Source: a virus
Lineage: Duplodnaviria; Caudoviricetes
Virus record (IMG/VR): IMGVR_UViG_3300028591_003923
Span: 65,515-129,514 of that record
DNA length: 64,000 bases
Reading direction: 5' to 3' (one strand)
Under the pieces are notes generated by a model. The model was not told the origin of the DNA, searched no databases, and saw only the letters and a program-made list of their open reading frames with translations. Positions 1 through 10,318 of this stretch are shown in pieces. Position numbers and translations under genes: made by a program. Each line of letters starts with the position of its first letter. The stretch's first letter is position 1.

Positions 1-1
1 A

Positions 2-748
2 GTAAATGACGCAGTTGACTTATTGCGCGCTTATGATACGATTTACCTAAGTAAGGAGTATGAGGGAATAGATTGGGGGAGCTATAATAAGGCATATGAG
101 GAATTGAAAGAAAACGATGCCTTAGCTGATGTTGTACCTATACTGCGCGATGAGGAAAGACAGAAACTTATAGAGAAATGGGGTGCAAACTATGATGATG
201 AAGCACTTCATTATTTGGAAAATCTCTATAATGGTTTACTTTTAACTCAGAATATCAATGGCGCGCTGCAAGGCGACCAGGCAATTAAAATTTGTAAAAT
301 TTCTTATGAGATTGATAATAAGATACGAGCAGGTGAAGATTTTGATAAGTTACTTGCTTCGTATGATAAATTAGTAAAGACAGGAGAATTTACTCCGAAG
401 AATGTGAAAAATGCTGGCGACTTTGAATCTATGGGAGAACTTTGCCGCTGGCTGGAAAAGAAGGGCTTTGTTAATCAATTCTATGACGGAGAAACAAGAG
501 ACGTTGTAGATGAGACTATAAAGAATATACAAAGTTGGAATCAAAGATTGTATACGAATGAGTCGGGTATTGGTGATGAGATAAGTCAACGTATACAATC
601 ACTGAAAACTGCGGCCGAGCTTGAGAATTACTATGACCTTGAACAGGATACAGACTATGACGAATATGAAAATGAAGGATTTGAAGAACTGTTTAAGGAA
701 GAAGAATTTGAAGCTAAGGTAGGGGACGGTGAGTCCGATGCAGGATAA
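2..748 (+). CDS. Phage protein upstream of terminase, possible terminase small subunit (5'-truncated)
   Basis: Frame is open from the window edge (VNDAVDLLRAY...). Acidic C-terminus; overlaps the terminase large subunit start. Assignment is positional only. Confidence 0.45.
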   Translation, partial: VNDAVDLLRAYDTIYLSKEYEGIDWGSYNKAYEELKENDALADVVPILRDEERQKLIEKWGANYDDEALHYLENLYNGLLLTQNINGALQGDQAIKICKISYEIDNKIRAGEDFDKLLASYDKLVKTGEFTPKNVKNAGDFESMGELCRWLEKKGFVNQFYDGETRDVVDETIKNIQSWNQRLYTNESGIGDEISQRIQSLKTAAELENYYDLEQDTDYDEYENEGFEELFKEEEFEAKVGDGESDAG

Positions 749-2549
749 GAGAAAGAAGGTTATTTTAAGTGCGCGCCAAGAGCTTATGCAGGATGACACG
801 ATTGAACGTGCAGAGCGCGACGGCATAGAACTTGAGAAAGGCGCAACGATTACTACGGAATATATGCAGCAACATAAGTCCATGTTAGAGAAATGGATTA
901 ATTTGTTTACTGCTTATCCAGATTACTATTTAGATATTATTAGACCTATTGATTCAGAGTTTTCGCTGTTCTTTTATCAGAGACTTACGTTGCGCGTGCT
1001 CATGCGCTTTAAGGATGTATTTCTTACTGCGCCCCGTGCGTTTTCTAAGTCATTTTTGACAATTTTGGCGCTCTTTCTGCAGTGCGTTTTTATTCCTGGC
1101 CGTAAAGTGTTCATTTGCGCGAACACCAAACAGCAGGCAGCGCAGATTACTAAGGAAAAAATATATGAGATTTATGACCATTGGCCCTTACTTAAAAAGG
1201 AAGTGGTTGGAAATGAAATTAAAGAGTATCCGGGGAACTTCGGTAAGGACTATGTTACTTTGAGATTTTTAAATGGCTCACAGCTTGACGTAGTGCTTGC
1301 AGGTGATGCGGCCCGTGGAGGTCGTAGACATGGTGGTCTTATAGATGAGATTAGAGACGGCGATGAGGAAGCAATAAACAGTGTTGTAATTCCATTGGTT
1401 AACGTTTCTCGTAGACTTCCAAATAACGAAGTCAATCCGCACGAACCAAACCAGCAGGTTGTAGCTACAACCAGTGCGGGCGCCAAGACTTCATTCGCCT
1501 ACGAACGACTTATAGATACTTTTGAAAACTCAATCATTGACCCAGACCATTCATTTATGTTTGGATGTGATTGGCGCTTGCCGGCAATGCATGGACTTAT
1601 TGATAAACAATATATTAATAAATTGAAAATGAGTCCATCGTACAATGCAGAGTCATTTGCTACAGAATATTTGAGTCTGTGGCAAGGTTCTAGCGAAGAT
1701 GCTTGGTTTTCTTATGAGAAATTAAGTAAATATAGAAAAATTAAAAACCCAGAAACGCATGCAATTAATAGACCCGACTCAGAACAATTCTACTTAATAT
1801 CAGTGGACGTAGGTCGTATTTCCGACCAGACCGCAGTTTGCGTATTTAGAGTTAACGTTGTAAACGGTAAATTCTATGCGACTTTAGTTAATTTAATCGT
1901 ACTTGGCCGCACGCCGCAGACGAAACCGTTTGCGCGCCAGGCAGTAGATTTAAAAAAGATTATTCGTCAATTCAATCCACGCGAAGTCGTGATTGATACT
2001 AATGGTTTAGGAGTTGGCTTAGCCGATGAAATGATTAAACCACAGTATGATGAAAATGGTGAAATACTTCCGGCTTATGGGTTTATAAACGATGATGTTT
2101 ATAAAGCTATTCAACCGAAGGATGCACCGAAAATCCTTTATGGAATTAAAGCTAATGGACCTTTGAACTCAAAGATTCATGGAAACTGTTATTCCAGATT
2201 AACAAGCGGCATGGTTCGTTTCTTAATTAAGGAACAGGAAGCTAAAAGTGCTTTACTTGCTACTAAAGTTGGTCAACGCATGACTGTGGAACAGCGGGTA
2301 ATACGTCTTATGCCTCACGAAATGACAACTAAATTATTTGAAGAAATGAGTAACTTGCGCTTGAAGAGAACTGGCGCGAGCCTTGACATAGTACTTGAAC
2401 GTATAAATTCAAGATTCCCTAAGGATAAGTATTCATCCTTCTCTTATGGGCTTTGGCGTATAAAAGAATTAGAAGAGGATTACTATAAGCGAGGACATCG
2501 GCGTCAGGGAACCAAACGGAAGTTGGTTTTCTTTACGGGAGGAAGGTAA
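729..2549 (+). CDS. terL: Terminase large subunit
   Basis: Walker A-like APRAFSKS, Walker B GLIDE, RNase H-like nuclease motif ISVDVGRISDQT, C-terminal KDKYS; followed by portal. Confidence 0.92.
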   Translation: MSPMQDKRKKVILSARQELMQDDTIERAERDGIELEKGATITTEYMQQHKSMLEKWINLFTAYPDYYLDIIRPIDSEFSLFFYQRLTLRVLMRFKDVFLTAPRAFSKSFLTILALFLQCVFIPGRKVFICANTKQQAAQITKEKIYEIYDHWPLLKKEVVGNEIKEYPGNFGKDYVTLRFLNGSQLDVVLAGDAARGGRRHGGLIDEIRDGDEEAINSVVIPLVNVSRRLPNNEVNPHEPNQQVVATTSAGAKTSFAYERLIDTFENSIIDPDHSFMFGCDWRLPAMHGLIDKQYINKLKMSPSYNAESFATEYLSLWQGSSEDAWFSYEKLSKYRKIKNPETHAINRPDSEQFYLISVDVGRISDQTAVCVFRVNVVNGKFYATLVNLIVLGRTPQTKPFARQAVDLKKIIRQFNPREVVIDTNGLGVGLADEMIKPQYDENGEILPAYGFINDDVYKAIQPKDAPKILYGIKANGPLNSKIHGNCYSRLTSGMVRFLIKEQEAKSALLATKVGQRMTVEQRVIRLMPHEMTTKLFEEMSNLRLKRTGASLDIVLERINSRFPKDKYSSFSYGLWRIKELEEDYYKRGHRRQGTKRKLVFFTGGR

Positions 2550-4031
2550 ATGAAAAGGAATAAAGATTTCCTAACTACTTTTACCAAGACCTATAAAAAT
2601 ATGGTTGCTTCTTCGGAGCATTCATATGGTTATTCGTCACACCACTTCTCCTTCCGTGGGGCAGTAAGAAGGTATTCTGAAGAAGACATTAAGAATATAC
2701 TTGATTCTGGTTCTTTAGAAGAAAAAATTAATCTATCAAGATACTTTTTTGAACAAGGCGGTTTCTATCAAAGAATTTTATTACATTATGCTACTTTATT
2801 AAAGTATATAGGTTTATTAATTCCTAATCCTGCTTTTGGTAAAAATCTCTCCGAAAATTTTATTCAAAAGAAGTACTTTAATGCAATGAGTTTTATAGAT
2901 TCCGCGAAGCTGCCCGCACTTTTCACGAGTATTGCTATTCGTGCATTGCGCGACGGCTGTTATTATGGTATTATTCAAGGTATCAATAATGACGGAGTAT
3001 CTATTTTAGATTTACCTACAACATATTGTAGGACTAGATTTAAGAACTATGATGGTGCTGATGTAATTGAATTTAATGTCACTTATTTCAATACTATCAC
3101 CGATGTTGATGAACGCAGAAGCGCTTTGTCGCTGTATCCAAAGGAAGTAGTAAACTGGTATAGAAGATATAGGAATGGTAAAGTATCAGACCCATGGGTA
3201 TTTATTGACCCAGGTGTAGGTATTTGTATACCTATACTGGACGGTAATCCTGTGTTTTTAGATATAATTCCTGCCGCGATTGATTATGACCAAGCAAGAG
3301 GTATTAATAAAAAGCGAGATTTAGAAGAAATCAAAAAGATTATCGTACAAAAAATACCTCATTTACAAGATGGTGGTTTATTATTTGAGCCAGATGAAGC
3401 CGAAGTAATGCACAAGGGCGCAGTTGACATGATGGCGGGTGATGAGAATGTCTCTGTTCTTACCACTTATGCGGATGTTGATAGTGTCGTGTCAAAAACT
3501 TCAAACGAGAACTCAACTGCGAGTGTTGATAAGGAATTGAGTAACATTTATTCCGTTGCTGGCGCCAGCCCGCAATTGTTTGGAACAGACTCTAACTTAT
3601 CACTTGAGACTTCTATCAATAATGATATGGCGTTTATGATGATCTTTGCTCATAAATTAGATAATTATATTACATATATAGTTAATTCTAAATTCGGCAA
3701 TTCTAATATTTCGTTTAAGTATACCATTTTACCTATAACTTATTATAATGAGTCAAAGTATATAGACACTACTCTTAAAATGGCTAATTCTGGTTATAGT
3801 TTTATATTACCGGCGTTAGCACTTGGCTTATCACAAAAAGAGCTTGGGAATATTAAAGATTTAGAAAATGACGTTTTAAATTTGAAAGAAAAATTAATTC
3901 CGTTAAGTACATCGTACACGGAATCAGGCAATTCGCCTGGACGTCCAGAAAAACCTTTAGAAGAGAAAAGTGCAAAGACAATTGCTAATGAAAAATCGTT
4001 AGATAACGGAGGTTCTAGTGCCAATGGATAA
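2550..4031 (+). CDS. Portal protein
   Basis: 493 aa directly after terL; typical low-complexity GRP-containing portal C-terminus (SPGRPEK). Confidence 0.8.
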   Translation: MKRNKDFLTTFTKTYKNMVASSEHSYGYSSHHFSFRGAVRRYSEEDIKNILDSGSLEEKINLSRYFFEQGGFYQRILLHYATLLKYIGLLIPNPAFGKNLSENFIQKKYFNAMSFIDSAKLPALFTSIAIRALRDGCYYGIIQGINNDGVSILDLPTTYCRTRFKNYDGADVIEFNVTYFNTITDVDERRSALSLYPKEVVNWYRRYRNGKVSDPWVFIDPGVGICIPILDGNPVFLDIIPAAIDYDQARGINKKRDLEEIKKIIVQKIPHLQDGGLLFEPDEAEVMHKGAVDMMAGDENVSVLTTYADVDSVVSKTSNENSTASVDKELSNIYSVAGASPQLFGTDSNLSLETSINNDMAFMMIFAHKLDNYITYIVNSKFGNSNISFKYTILPITYYNESKYIDTTLKMANSGYSFILPALALGLSQKELGNIKDLENDVLNLKEKLIPLSTSYTESGNSPGRPEKPLEEKSAKTIANEKSLDNGGSSANG

Positions 4032-5448
4032 AAAAGATTTAACAACTTTTTCTCTTTCTGTTTATGGCGATGTAACCGCTGTTAGTGAAGTGTTATCTAA
4101 AGCAAGATGCCGAATCTTTTATAAGTATGGAAATAGAAATGGTACTTATATAACGGACGAATTTGCCGAACAGTTGATTTCTACTTTGCCTTACGTGCCG
4201 GTAAAGGGAATCTATGATAGTATGGAGCAAGATTTTACTGACCATGGACATGAGCGCTATGAGGGTAGAATTTATGGTATCGTACCAGAGAATCCTAATT
4301 TTGCTTGGGAAAAACACGTAGATGACGACGGAGTAGAAAGAGAGTATGCTTGTACAGATGTATATCTGTTTACAGGTATTTATAAAAAGGAAGCTCTGGA
4401 TGTTATTTCAAAGGCTCAATCTATGGAGTTATTTGCGGACTCTATTAAAGGTGACTGGAAATATATTGACGGAAAGCGTTATTATGTTTTTACAGAAGGT
4501 AGGTTTTTAGGTTTACAAGCATTAGGTGATGATTACGAGCCTTGCTTTGAAGGCGCCGCCTTCTACACCTTAATGGATTCAATTGATTCAGTAATGACAC
4601 AGATTGAAAAATATGAAAAGCAACTAGAGTCACAAGGAGGACAAACAATGAATTTTAAACTTTCTGATAATCAGAAATATAATATGATTTGGACTCTTCT
4701 TAATACAAGATTCAATGAAGAAAACGATTACGTAATGGATTATTCTATCTGTGAAGTTTATGATGATTATGCACTTGTGTATAATTTTGAAACTCAGGGA
4801 TATGAAAGAGTTCATTATACAAAAGACGATAAGACCGATTCATTAGAACTCGGTGAAAGAGAAGTCGCTTATATCGTTGATGTAAATGAAGAGGAAAAGC
4901 GCGCATTAGACGTTCTTCATGAAATGAACAACAGCACATATGAAAAAGTTGATACTATGGTATCTGACTTACAAGGTGAAGTTGCTTCACTGAAAGAAAA
5001 TGTTTCTTCGCTTGAAGAAAATGTTAATGATTTTACTCAGAAAAATGAAGAGCAGAGCGCGACAATTTCTACTTTAGAACAGGAGAAAGCAGACTTACAG
5101 AACGAACTGAACGAAAAGACTGAGGCTTATACTAACGCGCAGACTCAAATTGAAGAGCTTACAACTGAGAAAGAAGAGTTAGAAACTTATAAAGCAAATA
5201 TTGTGCATGAGCAAAAGGAAGCAATTCTGGCGCAGTATAATAATTTACTGAATGAGGAAACACTTAATTCTTACAATGAAAAGCTTGATGATATGACAAG
5301 TGATCAGTTAGAAAGAGAATTAGCTTACGCTTTAGTTCAATCTAAGCCTACACTGTTCTCAAAGAATGATGAAAACCACAACTTTGCCCCGAAAGATGAT
5401 AAAGCTGAAGAGGGCATTACTGGTATTCTGAATAGATATAAGAAATAA
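4018..5448 (+). CDS. Prohead protease-scaffold fusion
   Basis: N-terminal part has protease-like NRNG, GH, AQSMEL and FLGLQALG..EPCFEGA motifs; C-terminal part is a long acidic coiled coil; lies between portal and capsid genes. Confidence 0.7.
   Translation: MPMDKKDLTTFSLSVYGDVTAVSEVLSKARCRIFYKYGNRNGTYITDEFAEQLISTLPYVPVKGIYDSMEQDFTDHGHERYEGRIYGIVPENPNFAWEKHVDDDGVEREYACTDVYLFTGIYKKEALDVISKAQSMELFADSIKGDWKYIDGKRYYVFTEGRFLGLQALGDDYEPCFEGAAFYTLMDSIDSVMTQIEKYEKQLESQGGQTMNFKLSDNQKYNMIWTLLNTRFNEENDYVMDYSICEVYDDYALVYNFETQGYERVHYTKDDKTDSLELGEREVAYIVDVNEEEKRALDVLHEMNNSTYEKVDTMVSDLQGEVASLKENVSSLEENVNDFTQKNEEQSATISTLEQEKADLQNELNEKTEAYTNAQTQIEELTTEKEELETYKANIVHEQKEAILAQYNNLLNEETLNSYNEKLDDMTSDQLERELAYALVQSKPTLFSKNDENHNFAPKDDKAEEGITGILNRYKK
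4648..5448 (+). CDS. Putative nested in-frame scaffold protein (internal start)
   Basis: AAGGAGG at 4634-4640 lies 7 nt before an in-frame ATG at 4648 (MNFKLSDNQKY), at the protease/coiled-coil boundary. Confidence 0.55.
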   Translation: MNFKLSDNQKYNMIWTLLNTRFNEENDYVMDYSICEVYDDYALVYNFETQGYERVHYTKDDKTDSLELGEREVAYIVDVNEEEKRALDVLHEMNNSTYEKVDTMVSDLQGEVASLKENVSSLEENVNDFTQKNEEQSATISTLEQEKADLQNELNEKTEAYTNAQTQIEELTTEKEELETYKANIVHEQKEAILAQYNNLLNEETLNSYNEKLDDMTSDQLERELAYALVQSKPTLFSKNDENHNFAPKDDKAEEGITGILNRYKK

Positions 5449-5464
5449 TAACGGAGGAATTATT

Positions 5465-6046
5465 ATGGCTTTACAAAGATTAGTAATTGACGGTTTTGGT
5501 CAATGCGAATTAAATAATGCAGCCTTCCGTAGAGATGGTAGAATTGAAGCTCAGTGCGAGCTTGATGCTACTGATTTTGCTACGGATGTTGCAGAAAATG
5601 GTATGCTTTTAGCCGTTGATAAGATCAATAAGACTATTAAGTATGCTGTTGACGGTTCACTGCCAATTGCTCTTAATTATTCTGCAGAACATATGTATGA
5701 TGATAGAGCTAATGGACTGAAGGATTTTTCACTCAAGAGAGGAGAATTTTATCCAAGAGTTGGATATCTTGCAGTTGGTGATTTATTTACTACAAACTGC
5801 ATTTGCTATGATGATGAGGAATTTGAAGCTGTTACCACACAAGGAGAAGAGGCTACAGCAGAGGAAGTATTTATTGAAGCACTTGAAGATGTAGCTACGA
5901 CACAACTTTATGGTGGAATTAGTGCAGAAGGAGCTATTAAAGTTTCTGCTACTAAGCCGACAGTTGGTCCTGTTTTAGCAGTAGTAAAGAAAACGACAAT
6001 GCCGGATGGACAACTTGCAGTTCAGTTCCAAGTATATGAAGCATAA
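5465..6046 (+). CDS. Capsid decoration/minor head protein
   Basis: 193 aa between scaffold and major capsid; beta-rich with ENGM motif; strong RBS GGAGG. Confidence 0.55.
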   Translation: MALQRLVIDGFGQCELNNAAFRRDGRIEAQCELDATDFATDVAENGMLLAVDKINKTIKYAVDGSLPIALNYSAEHMYDDRANGLKDFSLKRGEFYPRVGYLAVGDLFTTNCICYDDEEFEAVTTQGEEATAEEVFIEALEDVATTQLYGGISAEGAIKVSATKPTVGPVLAVVKKTTMPDGQLAVQFQVYEA

Positions 6047-6060
6047 GGGGAGGTTTAGTG

Positions 6061-7086
6061 ATGACTTTAGAAGAACTTAAAAAATTAGCTATTTATGCAG
6101 CTAAGAATGAAGCGCCTGCTAACTTCTCTGTTGACAATGTTGATGCTGCACTGGCAGATGGACTGAGAGATTTAGCAGGTTCTATAAATCAATTTATGAA
6201 AAATAGATATGATATTTATGATATCATTATTACAGCAGTAGACGAAGTCGTTCCTAAGAACGTTATAGATGCTGTTAGTATTTTTGCTGAAGTACAGCAA
6301 GTTCCACAGGGACAGAAAGCTATCTTTAAGCAGAAGGTTGGAAAGTTAAGAGCAAAGCAATTTCTTACACAAGTAGGACTTAGCGGAGTTTATGAAACAT
6401 TTAGACTTGACAACAAGACTTTTGAACTTGGTGGACATGCAGTCGGCGGAGCTACAACTCTTGATTTTGAGAGAATGCTTGATGGCGCTGAAATTATGTC
6501 TGAATATGTTGATGTTCTGACAGAAGGTCAGACAGAAGCAGTTTATAGGGAGATTCAAAAGGCTCTGCGCGCGGCTCTGAATGATAAACCTAATACAAAC
6601 AAGGTTATACAAAACGGTTTTGATGCTGATAAGATGTTTAAACTTTGTAGTGTTGTTAAAGCTTATGGTAATGGCGCAGTTATTTTTGCACCGCCAGAGT
6701 TCGTAGGAGCTATGGGACCAGATGCCATCGTTCCAGTTGGAACAAATTATCAAGGTATTTATCATCCACAGGATATTGATAGAATCCACAACGAGGGATA
6801 CATTAATATCTTCAGAGGAACTCCTATTGTTCAGATTCCGCAGTCATATGTTGATGAGAACAATGTAGCTACTTACATTGACCCACAATTAGCATACGTG
6901 CTTCCAACAGGTGGAGATAGAGTAGTTAAGGTAGTTCTTGAAGGAAATACACAGATTTACGATTGGACAAATAAGGATAACTCACTTGAGATTGACACAT
7001 ATAGAAAGCTCGGTGTTGCTATTCTTACACAACACAACTGGGGAATTTATCAGAATACTGGTATTACTCAGACTTACCAAGAGTAA
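6061..7086 (+). CDS. Major capsid protein
   Basis: About 341 aa, canonical position, followed by a strong terminator. GGAGG spacing favours ATG 6061 over GTG 6058. Confidence 0.8.
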   Translation: MTLEELKKLAIYAAKNEAPANFSVDNVDAALADGLRDLAGSINQFMKNRYDIYDIIITAVDEVVPKNVIDAVSIFAEVQQVPQGQKAIFKQKVGKLRAKQFLTQVGLSGVYETFRLDNKTFELGGHAVGGATTLDFERMLDGAEIMSEYVDVLTEGQTEAVYREIQKALRAALNDKPNTNKVIQNGFDADKMFKLCSVVKAYGNGAVIFAPPEFVGAMGPDAIVPVGTNYQGIYHPQDIDRIHNEGYINIFRGTPIVQIPQSYVDENNVATYIDPQLAYVLPTGGDRVVKVVLEGNTQIYDWTNKDNSLEIDTYRKLGVAILTQHNWGIYQNTGITQTYQE

Positions 7087-7101
7087 TTGATATTATTAAT
7101 G

Positions 7102-7140
7102 GGGAGGAGGGGGTACACCTCCTCCCTTAATTTTTATTTT
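7102..7140 (+). terminator. Intrinsic terminator after major capsid gene
   Basis: Stem GGGAGGAGG/CCTCCTCCC followed by a T-rich tail. Confidence 0.75.
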
Positions 7141-7162
7141 AGGCGTATAAAGGAGAATTAAA

Positions 7163-7645
7163 ATGAAGGTTAAAGTTAAAAGTTTAGTTAGTGGCACCGT
7201 TGGTGTGAAAGATGTTGATTTAAGAATCAATAGAACTTGGAATAAGAAGGGCGCAGTATATGCTTTTGAATTAGAAGATTTAGAACAACTTATGTATGAT
7301 CCAGGCGTAGAATATATGTTCAGAGAAGGTATTCTTGCAGTTGTTGGACCTGATGCTGAAAAGATTAATATTCAACTTGGTTTACAAGATGAAAATGAGG
7401 CACCTAAGTTGTTTGAATTAACTGATGAGAAAATGAAAGAAATTATGAGCATGAAGATGGTTGACTTTAGAAAAGCAGTTAAAGATTTAACTCGTGAGCA
7501 ACGACATGTACTTGTAGAATACTGCATTGAAAATAAAATTAGAGATTATGATAGGGACATGTTCTTAAAGGAACTAACACATACTGACATTTTAAAAGCC
7601 ATAGAACTAAATGAATTGGATAAGGAAGAAGTAAAGGAGGCTTAA
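7163..7645 (+). CDS. Hypothetical head-region protein
   Basis: 160-aa ORF with AAGGAG RBS in the head-neck cluster. Confidence 0.6.
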   Translation: MKVKVKSLVSGTVGVKDVDLRINRTWNKKGAVYAFELEDLEQLMYDPGVEYMFREGILAVVGPDAEKINIQLGLQDENEAPKLFELTDEKMKEIMSMKMVDFRKAVKDLTREQRHVLVEYCIENKIRDYDRDMFLKELTHTDILKAIELNELDKEEVKEA

Positions 7646-7646
7646 C

Positions 7647-8075
7647 ATGACTTCCATTCAGAAAGTATATGATGCTTTTCTTTCTAAAATGTTAGAAGAC
7701 GAATGGTTAAATTGGACAGAAGAAGAGATTCAAATGGATTGGCGTTCTTTACTTGATGCGGCGATTCCTTTCTTTAAGTTTCCACGGGTTGATTTAAGCA
7801 TTAATGAAAATGACCAATTTGAAGGAGACTTAACTAACGTTGAAATACAAATTTTAGCTACGTATATGAAATGCGAATGGCTGAATAGGACAATTTTAAC
7901 TTGGGAAAATGTTAAGCCTTTATATGTTGAACGAGATTTTTCTCAGGCGAATTTAATTGATAAATTAAAAAGTTTATTAGAAAGAGAGGAGTATAAGGCG
8001 TTAAAATTGGAACGAGTTTACTATCGTTCACGGAGCGGCAAACCATTTGATTACAAAAAGTTAGCAGGTGATTAA
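7647..8075 (+). CDS. Head-tail adaptor/connector (putative)
   Basis: 142 aa, helical, position after capsid; DFSQAN motif. Confidence 0.55.
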   Translation: MTSIQKVYDAFLSKMLEDEWLNWTEEEIQMDWRSLLDAAIPFFKFPRVDLSINENDQFEGDLTNVEIQILATYMKCEWLNRTILTWENVKPLYVERDFSQANLIDKLKSLLEREEYKALKLERVYYRSRSGKPFDYKKLAGD

Positions 8076-8076
8076 T

Positions 8077-8343
8077 ATGGAATATACTCCGGAAGTAGAA
8101 GAAGGATATGCTAATAAGCTGAAAAATAAACTGTTTGGTTTACTTTGTGAGTATGAGAAAGGGCGTGAATGGGAGAAGTTTTTAGATTCAATTTTAATTG
8201 AGTTAGAAGGCTTTGACGTGGATGAAAGAACGATTAATTATTATACGCTGTATCATAAGTTAGCTTCTTTAAGATATTTACGTTATGAGTATTTTCGGAA
8301 TACAATTTTTGATTGTATGACTTTACTCTCAAAGGGGGTATAA
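8077..8343 (+). CDS. Small hypothetical neck-region protein
   Basis: AGGTGA RBS before ATG 8077; tightly packed operon. Confidence 0.55.
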   Translation: MEYTPEVEEGYANKLKNKLFGLLCEYEKGREWEKFLDSILIELEGFDVDERTINYYTLYHKLASLRYLRYEYFRNTIFDCMTLLSKGV

Positions 8344-8344
8344 G

Positions 8345-9076
8345 ATGGGAGAATATTATGAAGAAGTATATTTAAAGAGGTTAAATAGATATGGAATTGA
8401 CTTTCAGTCACGTCTACAGCGCCAGCGCGAAGAAAACTTTCATAGACAGCTACTTAAATCAGTTTATTATGTAAACTTTGACTACAAAGATAAACAATAT
8501 GAGGGAGAATTTACTCCTTGTAAGCAGAATGAAACGAAGACAATTCATTATTTATTAACTGACGTGAATTTGAATATACCGAATGGAACTATTTTAATGA
8601 TGCCGGATAAGGACGGAGAAAGAGAACCTTGGATGGTTTATTATTTGGAAGATTATGTTGCAAGCGGTTATAATAGATATTTTATGTTGAAGATGACACA
8701 TTATCTTACTTGGAAAGATAGACAAGGTGTAGAACAACATGCTTGGGCTTATTTCTATGGACAAGAAGATAATATGTTAAAAGATGAATTGAAATCAAGA
8801 AGTAGAAATAAAACGCTATATACGGAAAATTTAAAGTTAAGCTTTTTCATTACGCCGGTCAATGGAAAAATAAGAAAAGATGATTATTTTGAAGTTGGTG
8901 AAGGTGATTTGTTAGAAGCTTATGTTGTTACGGGTTATGATATACAATCTACACCTGGTGTAGAGTTCGTATCGGTTGACCCGCAATATATTAGAGATCA
9001 TTCTGCGCCACCGGAGAAGAAAGAAGACGATAAGGATGAAGATTTTTATTGGCTTAATAAGGGGGTGACAGAATGA
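8345..9076 (+). CDS. Head closure/stopper protein (putative)
   Basis: 243 aa, beta-rich, neck position. Confidence 0.45.
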   Translation: MGEYYEEVYLKRLNRYGIDFQSRLQRQREENFHRQLLKSVYYVNFDYKDKQYEGEFTPCKQNETKTIHYLLTDVNLNIPNGTILMMPDKDGEREPWMVYYLEDYVASGYNRYFMLKMTHYLTWKDRQGVEQHAWAYFYGQEDNMLKDELKSRSRNKTLYTENLKLSFFITPVNGKIRKDDYFEVGEGDLLEAYVVTGYDIQSTPGVEFVSVDPQYIRDHSAPPEKKEDDKDEDFYWLNKGVTE

Positions 9077-9564
9077 CGGTAAGAAATTGTGCCGATATTG
9101 GAATTAATGCACAATATATAATTAAAAGATTGTTAGCTAATCAAAATTTACTTAAGCTTTTATATTATACGGACAAAGACCCATTGTCTCATGATGATTT
9201 AACTCAAGAACAAATACAGACTGAGATTTTTAGTAATTTTGTGAAGATAGTACCGAGAATTGGACCGAAAGAAACGGCTCACTCAATTATTGTACTTAGA
9301 ATCGCGCGAGGCCGTGGTTTAATATCAAACAAAGAATTTAAAAATGTTATGTTTAGTATAGAAACTTTTGTTCCTCAAACACAGTGGATTATTAAAGGCA
9401 CAAATTTGCGCCCGTTTGCAATAATGGGTGAAGTACAAAAATCTTTAAATGGAAAGAAAATAGAAGGGTTAGGTAAAATTTCCGGCGGTGACTTTGATTT
9501 GAATTTCTTATCAGAAGAAATGACCGCATATGAACAGGATTTTGTTTTAACAAGTTATGATTAA
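9073..9564 (+). CDS. Tail terminator/completion protein (putative)
   Basis: 163 aa, ATGA overlap with previous gene, position upstream of tail tube. Confidence 0.45.
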   Translation: MTVRNCADIGINAQYIIKRLLANQNLLKLLYYTDKDPLSHDDLTQEQIQTEIFSNFVKIVPRIGPKETAHSIIVLRIARGRGLISNKEFKNVMFSIETFVPQTQWIIKGTNLRPFAIMGEVQKSLNGKKIEGLGKISGGDFDLNFLSEEMTAYEQDFVLTSYD

Positions 9565-10291
9565 TGAAAAGATTTTTCTTGGCTTTCCAATTGATTTTAG
9601 GGATGTTTGTAAAGTGTACCCTCCAACTGTGAATGATATGTGCGGCGACGAAAAGTTTGAGTATTGTCAGATGTTATTTATGATAACACAAGAAGAACTT
9701 GAAGATGCTTATGTTAATGAAAATGTACCGGCAATTCCAACACCTTTTCAATATTTGTTAATGAACGTGCATCAAGACGACGTCGCGCGCACTAACGTTT
9801 TATATGGATTTCAGAAGCTACTGCGCGAGCCTGTAACAATAGTTCCAGAATTGGAAGTTATTATTATAGGTAAGAGTGAAGAAGAATTAGACCCAGATAA
9901 GGACTTAGAGAATCCACGAGTAATTGATGCAAACAATTATTTTGATTTTCAAAACGTTGTAAGGGCTGTACTAGGCGCGCCAGCGGCAGAGGCGCCTGAT
10001 CCAGACGAAGACCCAAGAGTTAAACGTATTAAGGCCAAAGGGCGCGCAAGGGAACGTTTAAAGGCTAAACGTGGTGGAGGAACAAATTTTGGGACTTTGG
10101 TAGCTGCAATTTGTTGTATGGGAATAGGATTAACTCCACTTAATATCGGAGAGATAAGTTATGCGTGTGTACCATGGTTAATTGGTATGAGTCAGCAAAA
10201 AGAAGAATATGATATTGATATTCGTGCGTTGCTGGCTGGCGCAGACAAAAAGAAAGTTAAACCAAAATATTGGATTAAGGATTTAAATTAA
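9557..10291 (+). CDS. Tail-associated protein, possible tail assembly chaperone
   Basis: 244 aa immediately upstream of the major tail gene; positional inference. Confidence 0.4.
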   Translation: MINEKIFLGFPIDFRDVCKVYPPTVNDMCGDEKFEYCQMLFMITQEELEDAYVNENVPAIPTPFQYLLMNVHQDDVARTNVLYGFQKLLREPVTIVPELEVIIIGKSEEELDPDKDLENPRVIDANNYFDFQNVVRAVLGAPAAEAPDPDEDPRVKRIKAKGRARERLKAKRGGGTNFGTLVAAICCMGIGLTPLNIGEISYACVPWLIGMSQQKEEYDIDIRALLAGADKKKVKPKYWIKDLN

Positions 10292-10318
10292 ATATAAGAA
10301 ATATAGGAGGCTATATTT

